64,000 nt of DNA from an uncultured Lentisphaerales bacterium (lineage in GTDB: Bacteria > Verrucomicrobiota > Lentisphaeria > JABSQK01 > UBA12247), in NCBI GenBank assembly GCA_943788985.1, contig CALSSJ010000005.1, positions 96,001-160,000 on the forward strand. Direction: 5' to 3'. The position numbers were made by a program, and so were the translations under genes. The notes beneath the pieces were generated by a model. The model saw only the letters and a program-made list of their open reading frames with translations. It was not told the DNA's origin and did no database searches. Shown here in pieces: positions 11,279 through 22,972 of the stretch (the stretch's first letter is position 1; each line of letters opens with the position of its first letter).

Positions 11279-12685
11279 ATGAGGATCCTTTATACCATCA
11301 TACTGTTTTTGGCGGTGCAGCTCTTCGCAAAGCCGCCGAATGTGTTGTTTCTCGCAGTGGACGATTTGCGACCGGAATTGAAGTCCTTTGGCGTTGAGCA
11401 CATTCATTCGCCGAATATTGACCGGTTGGCTGAGAAGGGGAGGGCGTTTCATCGCCATTATGTAAACGCCCCAAGCTGTGGGCCATCGCGCTATACGCTG
11501 TTAACGGGCCTGTATGGGGATCAAACACCCGGGAATCAAGCGCTGTTCGAACGTGCGAGCAGGATGAAGGATGCGCCGGAGACGGTACCGCCGAGCATGC
11601 CCGAATGGTTTCGAGCCAATGGGTATACGACGGTATCCGTGGGCAAGGTGTCGCATCATCCCGGTGGCTGGGGCGGGGGGAATTGGGCTGACAAGAGCCG
11701 CCCCGAAATGCCTGGGGCATGGGATCGGCAGCTGATGCCGTGCGGCGCCTGGGAGTATCCGAGTCGTGCCATGCATGGCCTTGCGAACGGGCAGAGTCGC
11801 CAGCGTGGTAAGATGAAGGCCTATGAAAGTGCGGCTGGGCCAGACACAATTTATCCCGACGGCTTGATTGCCGATGAAGGCTTGGTGCAGCTCAAGGAAC
11901 TGGCGGCCGCAGACACCCCCTTTTTCCTGGCTATTGGGTTGATTCGTCCGCACTTGCCGTTTGGTGCTCCGGAGGCCTACATGGCACCCTACAAGGAGGT
12001 AGCCTTGCCGCCCACGCCGCATCCTGGTAAGCCGACCTGGCGAACAACCTGGCATGGCTCCGGCGAGTTTTCCAGACAGTACGATCACAGCGGCAGGGAT
12101 CCGAATTCCGACGCTGGCTACGCAGATTTGCTGCGACGGCATTACGCGGCCTGTGTCACCTACGCAGACAAACATGTGGGAGAGATTCTGGATGCACTCA
12201 AAGAGGCAGGCGCAGAGCAGAACACAGTGGTGGTTTTGTGGGGAGATCATGGCTGGCATTTGGGAGAGCATGCGATTTGGGGCAAGCACTGTTTGTTTGA
12301 GGAGGCATTGCGATCGCCGCTGATCATCTCGACACCGAACCTGGAAGCGCCGGGCGTCAAGGCGGATGCGATCGTATCCAGCCTGGATATCTTCCCCACA
12401 CTCTGCGACCTGACGGGGCTGGAACTCCCGACGTTCGCGAATGGCCGCTCATTACGCCCGCAGCTGGAAGATCCGGAGGTGATCGGCCATCTGGCAGTTT
12501 CCTACTGGGGCCGTGCAAAGACCATCCGGACCGACGCACACCGCCTCATTCTGCATCACGATGGCTACGCAGAGCTGTATGATCATCGCACAGTCGAGAA
12601 GGAGACGAAGAATCTGGCCAAGGAGAAGCCGGAGCTGGTGCAGAAGTTGAGCAAGCAGCTTAAAGCTGAGCTGGCTTCCCCTTGA
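11279..12685 (+). CDS. Sulfatase, iduronate-2-sulfatase-like
   Basis: Signal peptide, [38 protein letters not shown]. Confidence 0.93.
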   Translation: MRILYTIILFLAVQLFAKPPNVLFLAVDDLRPELKSFGVEHIHSPNIDRLAEKGRAFHRHYVNAPSCGPSRYTLLTGLYGDQTPGNQALFERASRMKDAPETVPPSMPEWFRANGYTTVSVGKVSHHPGGWGGGNWADKSRPEMPGAWDRQLMPCGAWEYPSRAMHGLANGQSRQRGKMKAYESAAGPDTIYPDGLIADEGLVQLKELAAADTPFFLAIGLIRPHLPFGAPEAYMAPYKEVALPPTPHPGKPTWRTTWHGSGEFSRQYDHSGRDPNSDAGYADLLRRHYAACVTYADKHVGEILDALKEAGAEQNTVVVLWGDHGWHLGEHAIWGKHCLFEEALRSPLIISTPNLEAPGVKADAIVSSLDIFPTLCDLTGLELPTFANGRSLRPQLEDPEVIGHLAVSYWGRAKTIRTDAHRLILHHDGYAELYDHRTVEKETKNLAKEKPELVQKLSKQLKAELASP

Positions 12686-13023
12686 CGGCATCATCCCGAA
12701 AGCCAAGGCACGGAATCGAGGTTTGCGTCATTTGCAAAGCACCTTGGCTGACCGGGAGTGATGGCAAGCCAAACATTTCGACGAATGAAAACGGAGTGGC
12801 TGGGGAGCGAGCAAGGTAAAATTGAATCAAGGGTAGCCGCCAAAGGACGCAATGATCAAAAAACGGAGCGGCAGTTTGTTTCTTGTTTCCTTTGTGGCCA
12901 TCCCGGAACTGTCCAGCAACTTTCGCCCGGCTATTCCGATCCAGACGCATTCATTCGATCTCGTCGCGAGAGGCGGCAGTGCGCTTCAGGTGGGCCTAAG
13001 CGTGAGTCAGACGAATGGAATTT

Positions 13024-13407
13024 TCAGTCCGGCTCGAAGGCACCGGGCCAGTAGCGGGCGTCTATCACCGTGTGCCCCTCATAGATAAGCTCCACGACGT
13101 CGAAACGGCTGACGATCTGCGGGCGTCCGAGATGCCGGAGGTAGCGTCGGGCGGTGGCGATGATGTGGCGCTGTTTCTCCTTGGTCACCGCGTCAATGGG
13201 CCGTGCAAACGAGTGCTGCTGCCGAGCCTTGACCTCGACGAAGCAAAGGACGTCTCCGTCACGGGCGATGATATCCAATTCGCCATGCGGGCCGACGACA
13301 TTGCGGCAGAGAATCTCTAGGCCGAGGTTTTGAAGAAGGCGAGCAGCCATGCGTTCGCCACGCTGGCCGAGCCGCAGATGCGCGGCCAGCCTTCGCCGCA
13401 ACTTCAT
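13024..13407 (-). CDS. yraN: YraN/UPF0102 family putative endonuclease
   Basis: LG.RGE..A, GELDIIA, FVEVK.R, RFDV. Confidence 0.92.
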   Translation of the reverse strand: MKLRRRLAAHLRLGQRGERMAARLLQNLGLEILCRNVVGPHGELDIIARDGDVLCFVEVKARQQHSFARPIDAVTKEKQRHIIATARRYLRHLGRPQIVSRFDVVELIYEGHTVIDARYWPGAFEPD

Positions 13408-13595
13408 GCTGGGCGATTGATCGCAGCCTCAATCAGCGGCCAGGCCAGGTAGAGGCAATAGCTGATCAGGCAGATCGCGGCAATTCCGAGGCCGAGGAAG
13501 AAGATCGTAAAGATACAACTTGATCCGGGGTCTGGGGGCGGGGCGTCCCCCGGCTGTTGGCCACTATGATTGGGAGGCGTTTTGGTAAACGGCAT
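13404..13595 (-). CDS. Small single-TM hypothetical protein
   Basis: 63 aa, Pro-rich N-terminus and one hydrophobic segment; 4-nt overlap with yraN. Confidence 0.55.
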   Translation of the reverse strand: MPFTKTPPNHSGQQPGDAPPPDPGSSCIFTIFFLGLGIAAICLISYCLYLAWPLIEAAINRPA

Positions 13596-13614
13596 ACTCT
13601 ATTCTTCAGTGTAC

Positions 13615-16600
13615 TTATTCTTCGGTGTACAAATCTACGGTCGTCGCCCGATGCGCAAAGATCCAGTAGGCAGTTCCAAGGGTCAAGGAAGCCGGCACGG
13701 ACCAGGCGTCATTCCAGTAGATAACCGTGGGCGAGAGCGCCGCGTTGTCGAGCGGCAAAGCGCGGGAAACTGCGGGACCGATCAGATTCCAGCCCATGGC
13801 CAGAGGATGAGGGCCGGGAAGCTGTGGCATCCCCTCCAGAATTGTGTTTGTGCTGGTAAAGAAATTCGCGTAGTATCCTTCAAAGGGGCGAATCTCGTCG
13901 ACTTGTTCAAACTCGCGCGCGCCGGCATTCCAGCGCCAGACGGCGTCTGCCCCCGGCAGCAGCGTGCTCCGGGACGGCGATGCGTATTGAATCGGAAAAG
14001 ACAGGAGGCGCCAGCCTGGCTGAACATCGAGAGCCACGTCGTTATCTAGAATGGTTCCTGTTCCGTCTAGCACGCTGCGGGCGGCATCAACCGGCGCAGC
14101 ATTGGTGAGGAGCAGGCGCACCGTTTCCCCTCCCTCTACGGCCACGTCTTCGCCGATCTGGACACTGATCATAGTGCTGGACGCGCCTGGGCCGATGAGT
14201 CCGGAGCCAGACAGCCCGGCGTAATCAGCCGGCGACACTGCCGTGCCGTCCGCTGTCGCATAACTAAAGGTCACGGTCTTGCTCGACAGCTCGTCCAAGC
14301 TTACCACAAAGTCGAGATAGCCTGCCTCGTTTAGAGAGGTTGGCGTACTGATCGCCATCGCTGGGGGCAGATCATCGTCCACAAGCGTAATCGTCCGCTG
14401 TGTCGGCGGTCGAATCGGCGCGTTCTGTGCCGGCCCCAGAATCAGCCGCAGCTGGCTGTCATCCTGATCATAGGGGTTATCAAAAGGACTCAGGTCCAGG
14501 TCGAGCTGCTGGAGGCCACTGGTGCCTGCGGGCCAGACCACAGTTCCTTGAAACCAAACACTTTCGAATGCCGAAAATGCCTCCTTTCCCAACAGCAGAT
14601 AGTTAACCGTAACCTCCGGGTTCTGGTCATCTGCCGTGGTCAGGTTGAAGGGGATGCTCAAGGTGCTGCCCTCGACCACGGACGCAGGCGGCGTGGTCGA
14701 GATGATGGTGCCAGCTTCGGTCCAGGTGAAGGTGACCGCGGCCCCAATGGCACCAAGGTCATTGACACCGATTACTTCGAAGCTGTGCGGCCCGGCACCA
14801 AACGTGACCTGATGCGACGCGGCGTTAAAGAGCGGCGTCGTGATGGTCTGGTCGTACAGAGCGCCGTCATCAATCACGATCCGGTAGTGATCGATCAGGC
14901 CCTGCCCTTGCGGCGGATCCCAGGTCCAGTAGGGCTGGCCGCCGTCGATTGCACCGCCATCTGTGATCTCCACCGTCAGGGTAGAATCTGTGTAAGCTCG
15001 CAGGTTGGTCACGGTGGGCGTAGCCAACGTGGCCAACGGGCGATAGGCATTGAGTCGCTTCGCAAATCCAGCGCCGCAGTAGGCGTCGTCAGAGGTGAAG
15101 TAGGGGCTCGTGGTGGCGATGCACTCTCCGCCCTGAAATAGATATTCACGCACATCCGCAACCGTCAGCTCTGGTCGAAATCCCCAAATCAGAGCTGCCA
15201 CTGCTGCTGCTTGCGGTGCCGCCATCGATGTCCCCGATTTCTGTACATACTTTTCGTCTACAGAGAGGCTGTAGATGCTCTTGCCGGGCGCCAGGATGTC
15301 CACATAGAGGCCCCAGTCTGAGCTCGTCCAGCGCGTGTCATGATTATCGCTGGCGCCCACATTGAAGACATTCGGTAGGGCATCCCAGCAGCCTGCCACG
15401 GTGTGCCCGTAATCAGTCGAATCGAACCAGCTGCTGCCGTTGTGCTCCCGGTTAGAATTGCCCGCTGCGCCCACGAAAAGCCCCGGGAAATCGGCAATCG
15501 CGTCATACAGCGCGCGATCCCCGATCGGCAAAGTCGTCTGCCCTTCATCGCGGATCGTCTGGCAGGTCGAGGCGGCATAGCCCCAGCTCGCGTTGATCAC
15601 CGTCGCGCCGTTGTGGGCCGCAAAGTAGATGCCCTTGACGAAGTCGACTGACGAGTAGTTGGACGAGCGTACGGCCATAATTTTAGTATTGGGCGCAATT
15701 CCAGCGATTCCGATCCCGTTGTTGGCGGCCGCGCCGATCACCCCAGCCACGTGTGTGCCGTGATCGCTGGACACCGGCATCGGGTCCGTATCCCCCAGTG
15801 ACGTGGAGTAGTCGTAACCATGAATGCAGTCGCCCAACGGATCTCCGTTGTGGTCGAGGCAGTTTGTGCCATCCCACATCTGGCCGTTGAGCTCTGGGTG
15901 TGTATAATCGACCCCGTTATCTAGCACAGCCACGATCGCGCCATTGCCCCCGCTTGCGCCCTGGTTGAGCTCCCAGGCAGCCAGAACCTGCATATCTGCG
16001 CCGGGCACGCCCTGAGCGTTCTGGCCCGTACCGATCGCCTGTCCAGTATTCTGCAGCGCCCACTGAATCCCGAAGTCAGGATCGTTCGGCACTTCTCTTG
16101 GTTCGTAGACGTAGTTCGGTTGGGCGTAGAGCACCTCGGCGTGCTTACTGAGCCGGCGCAGCGCCGCGGTCACCGATTCATCGTCCTTCAGGGTGAGGCA
16201 GATCCAGCCACCGGCTCGGTGGACGGATGCGCCGCTATCGCATTGCAAATCGCAGGCCAGATCCGCCATGGATCGCATCGGCGCCGCCACCTTGATCAGC
16301 ACCTCACGTGGACGCCAGCCCGACTCATCAACCGCTTCGGTCGCCTGGCTTGGCCCCGTTGCAACCGCCACTTCGCCGCGAATCCGCACAAAGTGTCCTG
16401 CCTGTTCGAGATCGTTCGAGACGATGCGCAGCGACCGCTCGAAATGCCCGCTCACCTGCGATGCATCCAGCTGGATCACGAGCAGGGTTTCCTCTCCAGG
16501 AGCCAGGCGCTCGTTCTTCAACTCAGCCGCCAGGCAGCCACAACTCACCTGAACGCGGCTGATCCGCAGCGGTTTTTTGCCAGCATTGCGCAGCCGTAGC

Positions 16601-16731
16601 TGTCGCTCGACCCGCAGGTCGGCTGTCACCAGCCCGAAATCCAGCGCGCCGTCCACCACCAGTCGCTGCGCATGCGCGGACAGTGCGGCCAGCGATGCGA
16701 ACATCGCAATTCGGAGCCAGTTGCTCATCAT
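13615..16731 (-). CDS. Secreted S8 subtilase with N-terminal DUF1573-like Ig domain and C-terminal Calx-beta-like domains
   Basis: Signal peptide; N.G..PL.I..V..SCGC; triad AVLDNGVD, HGTHVAG, SGTSMAAP; YATADGTA...DY Calx-beta; GWNL tail. Confidence 0.88.
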   Translation of the reverse strand: MMSNWLRIAMFASLAALSAHAQRLVVDGALDFGLVTADLRVERQLRLRNAGKKPLRISRVQVSCGCLAAELKNERLAPGEETLLVIQLDASQVSGHFERSLRIVSNDLEQAGHFVRIRGEVAVATGPSQATEAVDESGWRPREVLIKVAAPMRSMADLACDLQCDSGASVHRAGGWICLTLKDDESVTAALRRLSKHAEVLYAQPNYVYEPREVPNDPDFGIQWALQNTGQAIGTGQNAQGVPGADMQVLAAWELNQGASGGNGAIVAVLDNGVDYTHPELNGQMWDGTNCLDHNGDPLGDCIHGYDYSTSLGDTDPMPVSSDHGTHVAGVIGAAANNGIGIAGIAPNTKIMAVRSSNYSSVDFVKGIYFAAHNGATVINASWGYAASTCQTIRDEGQTTLPIGDRALYDAIADFPGLFVGAAGNSNREHNGSSWFDSTDYGHTVAGCWDALPNVFNVGASDNHDTRWTSSDWGLYVDILAPGKSIYSLSVDEKYVQKSGTSMAAPQAAAVAALIWGFRPELTVADVREYLFQGGECIATTSPYFTSDDAYCGAGFAKRLNAYRPLATLATPTVTNLRAYTDSTLTVEITDGGAIDGGQPYWTWDPPQGQGLIDHYRIVIDDGALYDQTITTPLFNAASHQVTFGAGPHSFEVIGVNDLGAIGAAVTFTWTEAGTIISTTPPASVVEGSTLSIPFNLTTADDQNPEVTVNYLLLGKEAFSAFESVWFQGTVVWPAGTSGLQQLDLDLSPFDNPYDQDDSQLRLILGPAQNAPIRPPTQRTITLVDDDLPPAMAISTPTSLNEAGYLDFVVSLDELSSKTVTFSYATADGTAVSPADYAGLSGSGLIGPGASSTMISVQIGEDVAVEGGETVRLLLTNAAPVDAARSVLDGTGTILDNDVALDVQPGWRLLSFPIQYASPSRSTLLPGADAVWRWNAGAREFEQVDEIRPFEGYYANFFTSTNTILEGMPQLPGPHPLAMGWNLIGPAVSRALPLDNAALSPTVIYWNDAWSVPASLTLGTAYWIFAHRATTVDLYTEE

Positions 16732-16878
16732 GAGTTCCATCGTAATAATCGTCAGGCAGTGAGGGGAACTGTGCATCGCAGGCAGTTCTGACACACAAAG
16801 ACCACCCGTACTACTACAAGAATTCGCTGGTGTTACGATTCAACCGGGAAAGCCGTGGAATAGCGCTATAGTAACGGC

Positions 16879-17319
16879 ATGAAAGTCACCACAGTCATTC
16901 TCTTACTTGCTCTCCCCGCGTTTGCCGGCGGCATCGTCGTCAGCGATCGCCATCTCGTGCCGGATTCGTACTCCGCGCCGCGGATCGAGCAAAAGGCCAA
17001 CGGGTCCGTCATTTTTCATCCCGCTCGCCCTGCGAGCTTTCGCACTGTGAGCTACGGCGTGGCACTCGGCGTACGCGGCGTGCAGGTCAGCCGCAGGTCG
17101 TTCTCGGCACCACGGCCGCAGGCGAGCCGAGACACGTCGAACGCGGATAGCCAGCTATTCGGGTTCCAAAGTCGGAAGGGAACCGTATTCCTGGCTCGAA
17201 AAGGAGAGTTGCTGACACTGGGTTCACGCGAGTACAAAGTGCTCGGCCAGAAGGCATCCCACGTCTACCTGCGGAATCTAGAGACCGGGAAAGTTACCCG
17301 CGCCCGCGCCACCCAATAG
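16879..17319 (+). CDS. Secreted hypothetical protein
   Basis: Signal peptide MKVTTVILLLALPAFA; sits directly upstream of obgE. Confidence 0.65.
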   Translation: MKVTTVILLLALPAFAGGIVVSDRHLVPDSYSAPRIEQKANGSVIFHPARPASFRTVSYGVALGVRGVQVSRRSFSAPRPQASRDTSNADSQLFGFQSRKGTVFLARKGELLTLGSREYKVLGQKASHVYLRNLETGKVTRARATQ

Positions 17320-17367
17320 CCCATCGGGCTGCTTAACTCGGAGGGCCGGAATCCGGCTCACAGTTCC

Positions 17368-18359
<992 letters not shown>

Positions 18360-18363
<4 letters not shown>

Positions 18364-19298
18364 CCCTGCCGTGGATCCAGGCAATCCGCCCCAAAACTCT
18401 TTGGGCCGGATTTGCGCCTGTGTTGATCGGTGCCGCTCTCGCTTTTGCGGAGTCCGCATTAAACTGGCTGTTTGCCGCCCTGTGCTTGTTATTTGCGTTG
18501 GCGCTGCAGATTGGCTGCAACCTTGCCAATGACTACTTCGACGCCAAGAAAGGTGCGGACACCCCAGACCGCCTTGGGCCCGTGCGGGTCACCCAATCTG
18601 GGCTGATTTCCCCCGCTGCAGTGCGCCGCGCCGCGGGCCTCTGTTTCGGCATTGCCAGCCTGATCGCGCTGGCCATGATCCAGCGTGGCGGGCTGCCGGT
18701 GGTGATTATTCTCGTGACCGCGGTCATCACCGCCATCTGCTACACAGGCGGCCCCTTCCCGCTGGGGTACAACGGCCTGGGAGACGTAGCCGCCTTCATC
18801 TACTTCGGCCCCGTAGCCGTAGGGGGGACGCATTACATCATGACCGACTCCTGGAGTACAGATGCGATCATTGCAGGCTTTGGCCCCGGCTTTCTCTCTG
18901 TCGCGATCCTTACCGTCAACAATCTGCGCGACCTGGAGACAGACCGCGCGGCCCACAAGCGTACCCTCATCGTCATGTGGGGGCGAACCTACGGCCGCAT
19001 CCATTACACGGTGGCACTGATCGCAGCGGCGCTGGTTCCCGTGGTGCTGATTCTGCGAAGCGGCAGCCACCACGCGGTGGCGATCGCCTCACTCGCCTGC
19101 GTTCTAGCTATCGTTCCGCTCGTGCGCGCTGTCTGGCGTGAAACCGGTCGCCCACTAAACCAAACGCTTGGTGCCACCGCCCGGCTGCTGCTCGTTTACA
19201 GCATCCTTTTTGCCGTTGGCTGGAACTTACCCCGAGCTACTTCTTCAGCCACCAATTCTCCGCCAGAGTTCTTGCAACCCGCGAATCCGGGGAGCTAA
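18360..19298 (+). CDS. menA: 1,4-dihydroxy-2-naphthoate prenyltransferase
   Basis: RPKTL, NLANDYFDAKKGAD, YTGGPFPLGY.GLGD, NNLRD..TD...KRTL. Confidence 0.95.
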
Positions 19299-20340
19299 AC
19301 TCCGAAGCGACGTGCTCGCCATAGCGCAGTTCCAGCCGCCAAAAGACCAGATGCCTACTCTCGGTGTCGTCAACGGCGGGTCTTGAGAGTTGAACTTCAG
19401 GGGGCAGGCGTACCTGGCTGTGAATGGTGCCTTGGCCGTTTACCATCTGCACCGAGGCAGGAGAGTCGGTGTGTGTCACGAGCTCTCTCATTCCGTTATT
19501 GTCTGCCAGCAAGGTGTAGAGAGTCACGGTTGGGACTGGCGCAGACTTTTGGTCCGCAGCCACGGTGAAGCCGTAGGATAGATGCATGCCTTCTTGGCCG
19601 AGTTTCTGTGCGACTCTCGCGAAGCGAATCTTGGCCTGTGGGCCCTCCGCGATTCGCTCCCGTGTGACTACGGGCCCGCCCGGGTCCATTTCATGCATGG
19701 TGATGCTGCGCTCGAGCGGAAGGTCTCGCCACCAGCCGGGCTTGGACTTACCGAGTTCTTCGCGCGACTCGATCAATTCACCGTCGACCCAGATCTCCGC
19801 GCGCCAGCTAATCATCGAGCCCACTTCGGCCAAATACCCTTTGCTCCGAAAAGCCCGGGCGTTTACCTCCGGCACGCCGGCCAATCGAGTCGGGTCATCT
19901 TGCTTTCGATTGCTGAACTTGCGGAGCTTGCGTTGGCCATCTGTATCTTCCACGAGCACGAAAACCCGCACATATGGGGCCTGCATGCGCGCCTTCCGAT
20001 GCAGCACGCCAAGCTTCAATATCCGTGCCGGGCGGCGACGATTTGGGAGCGCGTCAAAGGACACAATCTTCGCTCGTTTGTTGGTGGGGGCCAGTCCTTC
20101 CTCAGCTGGATGCTCGTCTCCGTCGTCAGCGTTGTCGTCCGCCGCCTCCGATTCTATAATCGTCTTGATGTCGAACAGCTTGACGCGCCCTTTTTCCCTA
20201 GCGTCCCCATGCGTGTAGTATAGATAGCCATTCTGAACTGCCTCCACAGTGACCTTGCTGATCGGGGTGCCTTTCCACGGAATGATCGTGGAGGCGCTCG
20301 TGGAGAGCACACAGAGTAGTGCTAAAGCGCCCCACCTCAT
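19237..20340 (-). CDS. Secreted hypothetical protein with two related beta-rich domains
   Basis: Signal peptide; internal repeat P.V..(F/Y).L..D..G.R.L...WR.E...WW; coupled to the PEGA gene. Confidence 0.7.
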   Translation of the reverse strand: MRWGALALLCVLSTSASTIIPWKGTPISKVTVEAVQNGYLYYTHGDAREKGRVKLFDIKTIIESEAADDNADDGDEHPAEEGLAPTNKRAKIVSFDALPNRRRPARILKLGVLHRKARMQAPYVRVFVLVEDTDGQRKLRKFSNRKQDDPTRLAGVPEVNARAFRSKGYLAEVGSMISWRAEIWVDGELIESREELGKSKPGWWRDLPLERSITMHEMDPGGPVVTRERIAEGPQAKIRFARVAQKLGQEGMHLSYGFTVAADQKSAPVPTVTLYTLLADNNGMRELVTHTDSPASVQMVNGQGTIHSQVRLPPEVQLSRPAVDDTESRHLVFWRLELRYGEHVASEFSSPDSRVARTLAENWWLKK

Positions 20341-21659
20341 GGCGCGACCGTCTTCAAAGGCCGCAGCTTGATGTACTCATCTCCGTCGTAGAGGATCGTC
20401 ACCGACTTCATCGGGCTGAATTCGATCGAGCCATTCGCTGCCTTACTCACAAGAACCCCCTGAATCACCTCGCCATTTGCCTTATGAAGCTCATGGTCGG
20501 GGATCCAAAGCTTGGTGAGCCTCAGGGTGCCAAGCTGGGTCAGTTCACCGCGAAAAACCAGCACTTTCTTGCGAATCGGCGCGTAGCCAGCCTTGCGCAC
20601 TTCCACCAGATGCGGCCCCTCGGCCAGGTCGGCAAAATCGGTGATCTTGGAAACCAGACGCGTTCCCTGTTGCCGCGTGGTCCCCAGATTCTTTGCGCCC
20701 ACGTAAATCTGGCAGCCCGGCGGCTCAGTGGCCAGGGAGAATCCGCCCAGTACCGATTCCATATTTGTGATGATCTTCGTGGTCTTGCCAGGCCCGATGC
20801 TTGCGTTCTGGTGCACGTCGTCAAACCCGGTTTTAGTCAGCCGGAGAATCAGAATTCCGGGCGCGAGGTTCTTGCGCTCGAAAGGCGTGGTGCCCAGCAA
20901 CTCATCGTTGCCATACACATCCACCCCGGTTGGCGTAGTTTCCACGCGTAGTGCACCCGGCTTGGCCTGAAATGCTGGCAGTGGGACTCGCACCTCTTGA
21001 TCCTTGAGGAGCGTCACCGAATTTGAGACATTTTCGTGTCCGGCCAGGCGACCCTGTACCTCATGGCGACCCGCCATCAGATCCGTCAATACCAGCGGGC
21101 TATTGCCCCGGTACTGGCCGTTGATGTAGATTGACGCGCCCTGGGGGGTGGTGTCCACCCGCAACTTCCCCAGCAGGCTTTCCAGCAGGCAATGCAAACC
21201 GACCGGTCGTTCGTCGGGCACTTGCAGCGTAATCGTCCGGCTTTGGTGTCCCGCAAGGCTGAACGTGACCTCCTTAGTGCCGAGTGGAAGTGGCACCACG
21301 CAGGGAGTGGTTCCCAGCGGCTTGCCAGCCATCAAGATGCTCGCGCCAGGCGGTGAGGACGTAAGCCGTACCGGTGGTCGAAACGGCTCCAGTCTTACCT
21401 CTACCTGATACGGATCAATGGCACCCGGTTGAATTCGCTCGAAATGGGGATGATGCCCCTTCTTGCGCACCTCGACCATGTGCCCCGCCACATCGATCTG
21501 CAGCACAAGCGGCGTCAAGCCTACCTGCTTCCCGTTCACCGTCACCTCAGCCGACTCTGGCTGGCTTGAGATCTCCAATGTGCGCACTTCTGCGCTCCAA
21601 AGTGCGAGCGCCAACAGTGCCCCCAGGGCAAGGTGCCAATTTTGCGGAGTTCGCATCAC
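20337..21659 (-). CDS. Multi-PEGA-domain secreted protein
   Basis: Five repeats of (S/T).P.GA.(V/I)...G...G.TP...G.H.V...K.G. Confidence 0.9.
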   Translation of the reverse strand: MMRTPQNWHLALGALLALALWSAEVRTLEISSQPESAEVTVNGKQVGLTPLVLQIDVAGHMVEVRKKGHHPHFERIQPGAIDPYQVEVRLEPFRPPVRLTSSPPGASILMAGKPLGTTPCVVPLPLGTKEVTFSLAGHQSRTITLQVPDERPVGLHCLLESLLGKLRVDTTPQGASIYINGQYRGNSPLVLTDLMAGRHEVQGRLAGHENVSNSVTLLKDQEVRVPLPAFQAKPGALRVETTPTGVDVYGNDELLGTTPFERKNLAPGILILRLTKTGFDDVHQNASIGPGKTTKIITNMESVLGGFSLATEPPGCQIYVGAKNLGTTRQQGTRLVSKITDFADLAEGPHLVEVRKAGYAPIRKKVLVFRGELTQLGTLRLTKLWIPDHELHKANGEVIQGVLVSKAANGSIEFSPMKSVTILYDGDEYIKLRPLKTVAP

Positions 21660-22903
21660 CGTTTCCTTCGCCGCTTCTCGATCTGTGCTTCAAGATACCC
21701 TAATTCCTTCCGTGCCCGCGAAACCCGTGGGTGCTCTCGATCCGGCACCATCTCCACGATTCGCAGAAATGCCGCCCTGGCCAGCTCCAACTCCCCAAGC
21801 TTGCGGTGCGTCTGGCCCCGAAAGGTCAGATCCTGCAATTCCTTGTCCAAAAGATTCTGTGCTTCCCGCTTCAGCATCAGCGCCTTCGCGTAGTACTCCG
21901 GCCGGTTATCCAGATCAGAAACCAACTGCAGCACATGGCTGAACTCCTCAATCGCCAGATAGACATTCGGGGTATTCACATCTCGCTCGGCAAACAGCCG
22001 CTCGCCGTGGGTGAACCGGCGATGCGCGCTTTCCAGCAACTCCTCACGGGAGATCGCAATCGCCGCCAGATCCAAGTGCGACTCCGCAAATCCGCTCAGT
22101 TCTGTCGCGACAATCTCGAAATCCGGCTCAGCTGGCGAGTTGATGTAGGCTACATGGTTGCCCTTGCGGCCCTTCCGTACGGTCAGCTGGGCAATCTGCG
22201 TCCGACTCCCCGTGCCGCGCACTGCTGGCGTTCGCAGCGCCAGAAAACTCTCTTGGAAGACGATACTCTCCAGCTCAGCCAATTGCTCTGGTGACAGGAG
22301 CTTCTCGCGCTCGAACTGCCTTTCATTGGCCAGGTCATCCACCGACGCGCTGAGCGTGCCCCGGTCCAGCTCGAGATAGAATCGAAACACATTCTGCGGC
22401 GTAACCTGCAGCGTCTCGTATCGCAACATTAGGTGCGTGGCGTTCTCCGGCACAGCCGAGACAACCGCTGGCGGCGGCGCGCTCTGGCGCAATCCCACCG
22501 CCAGGCAGACAATCACCAGCATCAACACGAGTACGCCTGCCAACAGCGGCACGCGGTGTCGCTTGCTTATCAGCTTTGTCTCCTGAGAAAACTCCGCAGC
22601 TGGGAGCACGACGCTATCGTGGCTGGTAAATACGAAGCGCTTGCTACCGGTCTGGATGACGTCCCCTTCCGAGAGCATCGCGCTATCCCTTACCGGCTGG
22701 CCATTCAGCGCCGAGCCGTTCGTACTCCCCAGATCCCGCAGCCGCCAGAGACCGTCTACCTGCTCAATCTTCGCGTGGTAGCTGGACACATCGGGGTCTT
22801 CCAGCACGAGATCGTTATCGTTCTCGCGGCCAATGCAGCAGCCAAGTGGTGGCAATGTCACCACCTCGCCACGCAGCTTGCCCTCAATGTGAACCAGCTT
22901 CAT
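21656..22903 (-). CDS. FHA-domain membrane protein with extracytoplasmic TPR-like C-terminus
   Basis: IGR...D..VS..HA...DLGSTNG FHA; one TM helix; helical C-terminus. Confidence 0.88.
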   Translation of the reverse strand: MKLVHIEGKLRGEVVTLPPLGCCIGRENDNDLVLEDPDVSSYHAKIEQVDGLWRLRDLGSTNGSALNGQPVRDSAMLSEGDVIQTGSKRFVFTSHDSVVLPAAEFSQETKLISKRHRVPLLAGVLVLMLVIVCLAVGLRQSAPPPAVVSAVPENATHLMLRYETLQVTPQNVFRFYLELDRGTLSASVDDLANERQFEREKLLSPEQLAELESIVFQESFLALRTPAVRGTGSRTQIAQLTVRKGRKGNHVAYINSPAEPDFEIVATELSGFAESHLDLAAIAISREELLESAHRRFTHGERLFAERDVNTPNVYLAIEEFSHVLQLVSDLDNRPEYYAKALMLKREAQNLLDKELQDLTFRGQTHRKLGELELARAAFLRIVEMVPDREHPRVSRARKELGYLEAQIEKRRRKR

Positions 22904-22972
22904 GCCGAAGTCCGACGGTCTTGGAGTCGTGTGGGTTCCGCCTGAGCGGCGGGTTGCGGGAACATGTCGCGG

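Noticed and set aside
19237..19298. 62-bp convergent overlap of menA and the hypothetical gene
   Set aside because: Explained by a short non-conserved menA tail; common in GC-rich genomes.
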